From positions 1 to 19,328 of the forward strand of contig JBDLKA010000067.1 in assembly GCA_039714075.1 (NCBI GenBank): a stretch of DNA of 19,328 nucleotides, written 5' to 3'. Shown here one piece after another: positions 9,383-15,996 of this stretch (positions within the stretch are counted from its first letter, which is position 1; every line of letters starts with the position of its first letter). The notes below the pieces were generated by a model. The model ran no database searches, was not told where the DNA came from, and saw only the letters and a program-made list of their open reading frames with translations. A program made the translations under genes and the position numbers. Origin of the DNA: Candidatus Krumholzibacteriota bacterium (GTDB lineage: Bacteria > Krumholzibacteriota > Krumholzibacteriia > LZORAL124-64-63).

Positions 9383-10098
9383 ACAATTTCCTCTTTGTCG
9401 GTTTTCCCTACATCGCCCTGGCGGTATTCCTGGTCGGGACGATCTACAAGTACCGTTCCCTGAAATTCCAGTATTCCTCCCTGTCGTCCCAGTTCCTGGA
9501 GGGCAACAAACTGTTCTGGGGCATCATTCCCTTCCACTGGGGAATATCGGTGCTTTTCCTCGGCCATCTGACGGCCTTCCTGGTGCCGCGCGGCATTCTG
9601 GCGTGGAACAGCCAACCGGTCCGCCTGCTCATCCTCGAGGCGACGGCCTTCGCTTTCGCCGTGAGCGTGTTCGTGGGGTTGCTCGCCCTGCTGCATCGCC
9701 GGATGACGAACGACCGCCTCAAGATGGTGACCAACCGCATGGACCTGGTCATCGAATGGCTGCTGCTGGTGCAGATCGTCCTGGGCGCCTGGACCGCCCT
9801 GGGGTACCGCTGGGGCTCGTCCTGGTTCGCGACGGATCTGTCGCCCTACCTGTGGTCCATCTTCAAGTTCGGGCCCAGCACCGGGGCCGTCGAGGCGCTG
9901 CCGTGGATCGTCAAGCTGCACATCCTGGGCGCCTTCCTGATCCTGGCGGTCTTCCCGTTCACCCGCCTGGTGCATTTCCTGGTCGCGCCCTTCCACTACA
10001 TGTGGCGGCCCTACCAGCGGGTCATCTGGAACTGGGACCGGCGCACGGTGCGGCGGCCGGACAGCGTGTGGAATCAACACCCGCCCCGCAACAACTGA
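9376..10098 (+). CDS. narI: Respiratory nitrate reductase gamma subunit (diheme cytochrome b)
   Basis: The true start is most likely ATG 9376 (MLNNFLFVGFPYIAL, 240 aa), overlapping the narJ stop, rather than the ORF-track start at 8956. YSSLSSQFLE motif. Four heme-b His in FHWG...LGHL and KLHI...TRLVHF. Confidence 0.95.
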   Translation: MLNNFLFVGFPYIALAVFLVGTIYKYRSLKFQYSSLSSQFLEGNKLFWGIIPFHWGISVLFLGHLTAFLVPRGILAWNSQPVRLLILEATAFAFAVSVFVGLLALLHRRMTNDRLKMVTNRMDLVIEWLLLVQIVLGAWTALGYRWGSSWFATDLSPYLWSIFKFGPSTGAVEALPWIVKLHILGAFLILAVFPFTRLVHFLVAPFHYMWRPYQRVIWNWDRRTVRRPDSVWNQHPPRNN

Positions 10099-10160
10099 CC
10101 TGCGGCGGGCAGGCCAAATAGATAGGCGCATGGAGCTTCTTTAAAGGGGAATCCGGAAAG

Positions 10161-11957
10161 ATGGATGTAAAAAACAAGGCAACCCACATCAACCTGTTCA
10201 GCCTGGGAACGCCGCAGATGCGGGCCTTTCACATGTCCTGGTTCGCGTTTTTCCTGTGCTTCTTCGCCTGGTTCGGCATCGCGCCCTTGATGGCGGTCGT
10301 CCGCGAGGAACTCCAGCTGACCAAGGGGCAGATCGGCAACACCATCATCGCCTCGGTCTCGATCACCATCGTGGCCCGGCTGGTCATCGGGTGGTTGTGC
10401 GACAAGATCGGGCCACGACTGTCCTACACCATCCTGTTGCTGGTGGGATCGATCCCGGTGATGGCCATCGGCTTCGCCAACGACTACACCTCGTTCATGC
10501 TGTTCCGGCTGGGAATCGGGGTCATCGGGGCGTCGTTCGTGATCACCCAGTACCACACCTCGGTGATGTTCGCGCCCAATGTGGTCGGAACCGCCAACGC
10601 CACCTCGGCGGGCTGGGGTAACCTGGGCGGTGGGGTGACCCAGATGGTCATGCCCCTGGTTTTCGCCGCCTTCATCGGCCTGGGCTTCACCGATTTCTGG
10701 AGCTGGCGCCTGTCCATGGTGGTCGCCGGCGCGGTCTGTTTCCTGACCGGCATCGCCTACTACTTCTTTACCACCGACCTGCCGGACGGCAACTTCAAGG
10801 AACTGCGGGCCAAGGGCGAGATCCGCAGCTCGGAGAAAACCAACAACACCTTCTGGCTGGCTGCCAGGGACCGCCGGGTCTGGGCCCTGTTCGTGATCTA
10901 CGCCGCCTGTTTTGGGGTTGAGCTGACGATCAACAACATCGCGGCCCTCTACTACATGGATTACTTCGATCTGGGACTGAAGACGGCCGGCCTGGTGGCG
11001 GGCCTGTTCGGTCTGATGAACATCTTCGCCCGCACCACCGGCGGCATCATCGGTGACCGCTTCGGCCAGAAGTGGGGGCTGAAGGGCCGGGTCAAGTGGC
11101 TGTTCATCGCCCTGTTCATCGAGAGTATCGCCCTGATCCTTTTTTCGCGGATGGCGGTCCTGCCGGTGGCCATCGGCACCATGATCGTCTTCAGCCTGTT
11201 CGTGCAGATGTCCGAGGGGGCCACCTACTCGGTTGTTCCCTTCATCAATAAGAAGGCCCTGGGTTCGGTGGCGGGCATCGTCGGCGCCGGAGGCAACATG
11301 GGCGCCGTGGCGGCGGGATTCCTGTTCCGGTCCGAAGCCCTGTCCTGGCCGCAGGCCCTGCTGATCCTGGGCGGCGGCGTCATGGTCTGTTCCTTCTTCA
11401 CCCTGCTGGTGACCTTTTCGCCCGAGGCGGAAGCCGCCGCGGGCGAGGAGCACCGCCGGGCCATGGCCGACCGGCTCGAAAAAGCCGCGGCACGCAGGCC
11501 CCGCCGTCTGGTGCCGGCCTTCCCGACAACCGTCATGGGCGCCGGGCCCATGGATCTGCTGCGGATCTTCCTGGGTGTGGCCCTGGCCATCAAGGGCATC
11601 TATTTCATCATGAACATGCAGGTGGTCGAGGCGCAGCTGGGCGAGGGATTCGGCCAGATGCAGAACGTCATCGCCTGGTTCGTGGTGCTGGCCAACGCCG
11701 TGGGCGGAGTCAGCCTGGCCCTGGGATTCGTGACCCGCATTGCCGCGGCGCTCAACGTCGTGGTTCTGGCCGGAGCCGTGGTTTTCGTGCACTCGGCCGA
11801 GGGCCTGTTCGGGGCCAGCCAGGACATGCAGTTCGCCATCTTCGTGCTGTTCGCCCTGGTTCTGCTCGTGTGGCGGGGTTCGGGCGAATTCACGATGGAC
11901 CGACTGGTCAGGCCGGGCCAGGTGAAGGTGGCCGGCGGAGCGCAGACAGAAGTTTGA
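10161..11957 (+). CDS. narK1: NarK1/NRT2-type MFS nitrate transporter fused to a C-terminal DoxX-like membrane domain
   Basis: 598 aa. About the first 420 aa form a nitrate-porter MFS domain (MRAFHMSWFAFF, GTANATSAGWGNLGGG, GIVGAGGNMG). A charged linker follows. From aa 464 there is a DoxX-like segment: MDLLRIFLG..KG..GG..LALGFVTRIAA..FVH..GSGEFTMD. Confidence 0.9.
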   Translation: MDVKNKATHINLFSLGTPQMRAFHMSWFAFFLCFFAWFGIAPLMAVVREELQLTKGQIGNTIIASVSITIVARLVIGWLCDKIGPRLSYTILLLVGSIPVMAIGFANDYTSFMLFRLGIGVIGASFVITQYHTSVMFAPNVVGTANATSAGWGNLGGGVTQMVMPLVFAAFIGLGFTDFWSWRLSMVVAGAVCFLTGIAYYFFTTDLPDGNFKELRAKGEIRSSEKTNNTFWLAARDRRVWALFVIYAACFGVELTINNIAALYYMDYFDLGLKTAGLVAGLFGLMNIFARTTGGIIGDRFGQKWGLKGRVKWLFIALFIESIALILFSRMAVLPVAIGTMIVFSLFVQMSEGATYSVVPFINKKALGSVAGIVGAGGNMGAVAAGFLFRSEALSWPQALLILGGGVMVCSFFTLLVTFSPEAEAAAGEEHRRAMADRLEKAAARRPRRLVPAFPTTVMGAGPMDLLRIFLGVALAIKGIYFIMNMQVVEAQLGEGFGQMQNVIAWFVVLANAVGGVSLALGFVTRIAAALNVVVLAGAVVFVHSAEGLFGASQDMQFAIFVLFALVLLVWRGSGEFTMDRLVRPGQVKVAGGAQTEV

Positions 11958-11993
11958 TCAGATCATTCTAATCCGAAGCAGGGAGTTGATCTC

Positions 11994-13601
11994 ATGCCCG
12001 CGAACATCGAGAAATGGGAAGTCGAAGACGAGAGTTTCTGGGAGACGACGGGAAAATCCATCGCCAACCGGAACCTGTGGATCTCCATCCCGAGTCTGCT
12101 GTGCGGATTCGCGGTCTGGCTCTACTGGGGCATCATCACGGTGCAGATGATCAACCTGGGCTATCCATTCGCCAAGACGGACCTCTTTACGCTGTCGGCC
12201 ATCGCGGGACTGACCGGAGCCACCCTGCGGATCCCCAGCACCTTCTTCATCCGGATCGCCGGCGGCCGCAACACCATCTTCTTCACCACCGCGTTGCTGA
12301 TGCTGCCGGCGATCGGTACGGGCATCGCCCTGCAGGACAGGAACACCCCTCTGTGGGTCTACCAGATCCTCGCCCTGCTGTCGGGCTTCGGCGGGGGCAA
12401 CTTCGCCTCTTCCATGTCCAACATCAGTTTCTTCTTTCCCAAGCGGGTGCAGGGCACTTCGTTGGGTCTGAACGCGGGACTGGGCAACTTCGGCGTCACC
12501 ACCATGCAGATCCTGGTGCCCCTGGTCATGACCTTCGGTCTGTTCGGCGGCAAGTCGATGACCCTGATCAACACCAGCGGCACGTTGATCGGCAAGATTC
12601 CCGCCGGCACCGAAACCTATATCCACAATTCGGGCTTTGTCTGGTTGATCTTTCTGGTCCCGTTGGCGTTTGCCGGCTGGTTCGGGATGAACAACATCGT
12701 CAACGACCGGGTGACGCCCAAACCCGGCAACCCGCTGGCGGCCTTTACCCGGATCACCGGTCTGCTGCTGATCGGTTTCGTTACGGCGGCGGGCGGCCTG
12801 TACCTGCTGCTTCCCAAACCCACGGGGCTGGGCCTGCTCAGCAAGTGGATCGTGCTGCCGCTGGTCATCGCGGCCACCGTCCTGCTGATGCGTTACCTGA
12901 CGCGCGGCGAGCTGCAGGCCAACCTGATCCGGCAGTACAAGATCTTCGACAACAAGCACACCTGGGCCATGACCATCATCTACACCATGACCTTCGGCTC
13001 GTTCATCGGCTACTCGGCGGCCTTTCCTTTGGCCATCAAGGTGATTTTCGGGTTCACGCACGTTCCCGGTCCCGACGGCAGCCTGGTCCACGACGCGGTC
13101 AACCCCAACGGTCCCAGCGCCCTGATGTTCGCCTGGATGGGACCCTTCATCGGCGCGTTGATCCGGCCGTTGGGCGGTTGGGTCTCCGACAAGGTCGGGG
13201 GCGCCAAGGTGACCCAGCTGGTATCCATCGTAATGATCGCCTCCGCTTTCGGTGTGGCCTACTTCATGTCCGCGGCCTACCGGTCCGCCACACCCGAGGA
13301 ATACTTCTGGCCCTTCTTCGGTCTGTTCATCTTGTTGTTCACGGCGACCGGTGTGGGCAACGGTTCGACCTTCCGGACCATCGCCATGGTCTTCAACGAG
13401 GAACAGGCCGGTCCGGTCCTGGGCTGGACCTCGGCCGTGGCCGCCTACGGGGCCTTCATCATCCCGAAGGTGTTCGGTGAGCAGATCAAGGCCACCACGC
13501 CGGAGTACGCGCTGTACGGGTTCGCGATCTTCTACTTCGTGTGCCTGGTGCTGAACTGGTGGTTCTACATGAGGCCGGGGGCCTACATCAAGAATCCCTG
13601 A
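11994..13601 (+). CDS. narK2: NarK2-type nitrate/nitrite antiporter (MFS)
   Basis: 535 aa, RBS GGGAG. Motifs WEVEDESFW..IANRNLWIS, GFGGGNFASSMSNISFFFPK..GLNAGLGNFG, TFGSFIGYSAAFP and GVGNGSTFR. Confidence 0.93.
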   Translation: MPANIEKWEVEDESFWETTGKSIANRNLWISIPSLLCGFAVWLYWGIITVQMINLGYPFAKTDLFTLSAIAGLTGATLRIPSTFFIRIAGGRNTIFFTTALLMLPAIGTGIALQDRNTPLWVYQILALLSGFGGGNFASSMSNISFFFPKRVQGTSLGLNAGLGNFGVTTMQILVPLVMTFGLFGGKSMTLINTSGTLIGKIPAGTETYIHNSGFVWLIFLVPLAFAGWFGMNNIVNDRVTPKPGNPLAAFTRITGLLLIGFVTAAGGLYLLLPKPTGLGLLSKWIVLPLVIAATVLLMRYLTRGELQANLIRQYKIFDNKHTWAMTIIYTMTFGSFIGYSAAFPLAIKVIFGFTHVPGPDGSLVHDAVNPNGPSALMFAWMGPFIGALIRPLGGWVSDKVGGAKVTQLVSIVMIASAFGVAYFMSAAYRSATPEEYFWPFFGLFILLFTATGVGNGSTFRTIAMVFNEEQAGPVLGWTSAVAAYGAFIIPKVFGEQIKATTPEYALYGFAIFYFVCLVLNWWFYMRPGAYIKNP

Positions 13602-13628
13602 TTTCGGTTTCACTTACCGGGGATATCT

Positions 13629-13674
13629 CCAGACCCCGCGCGGCCCGTATTGGACGGACGCGCGGGGTTTCTGG
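13629..13674 (+). terminator. Probable intrinsic terminator closing the nar operon
   Basis: ACCCCGCGCG (13633-13642) pairs perfectly with CGCGCGGGGT (13659-13668). There are also inner CCGT/ACGG and outer CCAGA/TCTGG pairs. The U-tract is short. Located about 30 nt after the narK2 stop. Confidence 0.65.
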
Positions 13675-13697
13675 TATGGTGGTGGTAAGGAGGCGAT

Positions 13698-14600
13698 ATG
13701 CGGTTGTTTTTCTTGTTCTTTATGCTGCCCTTGATCCTGGTTGCAGGCTGCCATGACTACTCTTCTGCACCCATGATTCCGCAGGATGATGCCGTCAATC
13801 CGAATTCAGAAATAATGCCCGAAAATGATGAGGTGGTCACCCTTAACCTACCGACGGTTCCAGAAGTGACCTGGTTCGACGCGGTCCCCGCTCATACCAG
13901 GTACGGTGAAACGATTAGAATGAGAGCCAGGGTCCAGGAAGCCAACAGGCGAGGCGACAGTCCCGGGGAAGTCGGCTTTTTTGATGGGGAAATCCACCTG
14001 GCCACAGTACCGATCGATGCCGAAAATGGGGCTGTTTTTGAAATTTCGACACTGGAGCCGTGCCGGCACCTTCTTTCTGCCAGGTATGTTGGTATTGACA
14101 GTTTGGGGAACACTTACGTCAGCGAAAAGAGCTTCGTGGCCATTGTTACCAATGACGCCGAAAACGCTCGTTCTGAGGGATACTGGCAGCATCAGTGCAG
14201 CGGTTTCAGCAGTGCTGAAATCGACATTGAAACCATGGAATGCTACTTGTCCATCGTCGGTGAAGCAAGTGGGGTATTCAGCGAAATCCACGATGTCACG
14301 ACGATATCCTCAACGTACGAAGTGCTTTTTATGGGAGGAAACAAGGGCTCAGCCCTGGAACAATTCGACCGGGAGTTGCTTGTGGCATGGTTGAACTATG
14401 CCAATGGGGCGTTCGGATATGGGGAGCTGCTCTGTGCGAACAAGGATTGCACAAGGAAAATGCACTTTTTCTCTGTAATGATGGATATCGAATTGTTCCG
14501 TTTGAAGTCCAACGCCACAAAAAAAGAAATAAAGGATGTGATGCAGATCCTGCACCACCTTAATAACATGGTCGCACCCACAACGGACCGGATGAGGTAA
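13698..14600 (+). CDS. Lipoprotein with a bacterial Ig-like domain and an uncharacterised C-terminal domain
   Basis: 300 aa, RBS AAGGAGG, lipobox LVAG-C. GEVGFFDGEIHLATVPID...STLEPCRHLLSARYVG resembles Ig-like group-3 repeats. Then RSEGYWQHQ...DRELLVAWLNYANGA. Visibly lower GC than its neighbours. Confidence 0.7.
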   Translation: MRLFFLFFMLPLILVAGCHDYSSAPMIPQDDAVNPNSEIMPENDEVVTLNLPTVPEVTWFDAVPAHTRYGETIRMRARVQEANRRGDSPGEVGFFDGEIHLATVPIDAENGAVFEISTLEPCRHLLSARYVGIDSLGNTYVSEKSFVAIVTNDAENARSEGYWQHQCSGFSSAEIDIETMECYLSIVGEASGVFSEIHDVTTISSTYEVLFMGGNKGSALEQFDRELLVAWLNYANGAFGYGELLCANKDCTRKMHFFSVMMDIELFRLKSNATKKEIKDVMQILHHLNNMVAPTTDRMR

Positions 14601-14613
14601 CCCTGAAAGGCAC

Positions 14614-15771
14614 TCAGTTGTCGATGTGGCAGGCCGTGCAGATGGCGTTCTGATCCCCGTTGGCCCGGCGCAGGAAATATTCCCCGCCAAAACTCTTCCA
14701 ACCCGCCCGGTGCACCGAGTGGCAGGTTTCACAGACCATGAGGTTCTCCGTGGCCAGCGGCCAGTCGTACCCGGGGAAGGCGTCTTCGTTGATCTGGTTT
14801 GCCCAGGGCAAGGGGGGTGTCAGGCCGCTGTTCATGTTCGGGTCGACGGGTATTCCCGTGAAGTGGGTGTTGGCGCCGACCCCGGGGGCACCCGAACCGT
14901 CGTGGCAGGCCACGCAGAAGGCCGAGTTCGTGTTGTCGCTGACCAGGATATAGCCGTAGTCCACCGCTTCGGGATCGTGGACGTCGTGACACTTGTCACA
15001 ACCGCCGACGGGGAAGGTCCCGCCCACCGAAACCGTCGGGTGCTGGAACTCCGTACCATCGATGGTGGCTTCCTCATAGTCGAAAACGTCGTTGGCGGCC
15101 ATTCCGCCGGTACCGGGAACCGCTTCGGCCGGTGCGTTGCCGTTGTGGCAGGAAATGCAGAAGGTCCCGTAATAGGATCCGTTATGCTGGTCGGCCAGTA
15201 GAATGGGGTTCGTCAACCCGGCGAAATTCTGGGTCTGGGGCGTGGCTCCGTGAACGGAGTGGCACTTGTTGCAGGTAAAAAGAGTGTTGGTGAAATGGGT
15301 GCTGCCCGCCGTATGGTCGCCCAGGGCGCCGGCGCCGGCGAACGGCGTGGCGTCGTGGCAGGTCTCGCAATAGGTGCTGTTGGTCATATCGACCACCACG
15401 AATTTGCCGGTCCCGTTGGGATTTTGCGTATGGACGTTGTGGCAGGCCCCGTCGCCGGAACAATCGGTCCCCACGGAAAGATGCTGCTCCGAGGTGAGAT
15501 CGAATGCGGTGGTGGTTCCCACGGTGGTGATGGAGCCGTCGTGGCAGGTGTAGCAGAGGTCGGCGATACCGGAAAAGGTTCCCGAGGGCAGGGTGGCCCA
15601 CAGCTTGTCGCCCTGGGCGTTGTGGGGCAGGTGGCAGGCCACGCAGAGATCCTGCCCGCTGCCGGTCAGATCGTGATCCGAACCTACCACGCCCGCCGGC
15701 GCGGGCCCGGTCACCAGAAGAAGAAAAAAACAGGCTGTTGCCGATCCGAAGAAGTACTTCCGCCCCATCAT
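14614..15771 (-). CDS. Secreted decaheme c-type cytochrome (five paired-CXXCH modules) with OmcE-like termini
   Basis: Likely start ATG 15771 (GGAGG 6 nt upstream; 385 aa) rather than 15852. Signal peptide ends APA. Nine CXXCH (CVACH, CYTCH, CETCH, CNKCH, CISCH, CDKCH, CVACH, CETCH, CTACH) plus CSGDGACH. These are arranged as five CxxCHxxH...CxxCH pairs. Confidence 0.9.
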   Translation of the reverse strand: MMGRKYFFGSATACFFLLLVTGPAPAGVVGSDHDLTGSGQDLCVACHLPHNAQGDKLWATLPSGTFSGIADLCYTCHDGSITTVGTTTAFDLTSEQHLSVGTDCSGDGACHNVHTQNPNGTGKFVVVDMTNSTYCETCHDATPFAGAGALGDHTAGSTHFTNTLFTCNKCHSVHGATPQTQNFAGLTNPILLADQHNGSYYGTFCISCHNGNAPAEAVPGTGGMAANDVFDYEEATIDGTEFQHPTVSVGGTFPVGGCDKCHDVHDPEAVDYGYILVSDNTNSAFCVACHDGSGAPGVGANTHFTGIPVDPNMNSGLTPPLPWANQINEDAFPGYDWPLATENLMVCETCHSVHRAGWKSFGGEYFLRRANGDQNAICTACHIDN

Positions 15772-15824
15772 CCATCCCCTCCAGGATATCCCTATACGGA
15801 TCAAGCGGTTTTCGAGCTTTATCT

Positions 15825-15840
15825 TGCGTAATCCTTGCCA
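15825..15840 (-). promoter_or_regulatory. Candidate sigma54 (-24/-12) promoter for the decaheme cytochrome gene
   Basis: The minus strand reads TGGCAAGGATTACGCA, with exact GG-N10-GC spacing. It differs from TGGCACG-N4-TTGCA at 3 positions and lies about 55 nt upstream of the start codon. Confidence 0.35.
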
Positions 15841-15996
15841 ATTATAGGACACTGGAAACGAGAATCCAAAATCAAACCACTCGAATCGGCTTTCCCTCCC
15901 TCGAAGGTCTAATTTAGGGTATCACATGTTTTTACTAGGAGTTGCCGATATCCTGTTGTAATATTGACAGGGACTTTGACACACAGGAGGCTGGCC

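Noticed and set aside
3108..13613. Long antisense ORFs over the nar operon (e.g. 4173-5576, 5655-7031, 7103-9136, 10074-11792, 11958-13613)
   Set aside because: They are shadow ORFs opposite well-conserved genes. Strong GC3 bias removes stops from the antisense frame, and the translations show no protein motifs.
15772..15996. Longer ORF-track starts at 15852 (-) and 15964 (+)
   Set aside because: Strong RBSs support starts at 15771 and 15997, and for the decaheme gene the signal peptide begins right after 15771.
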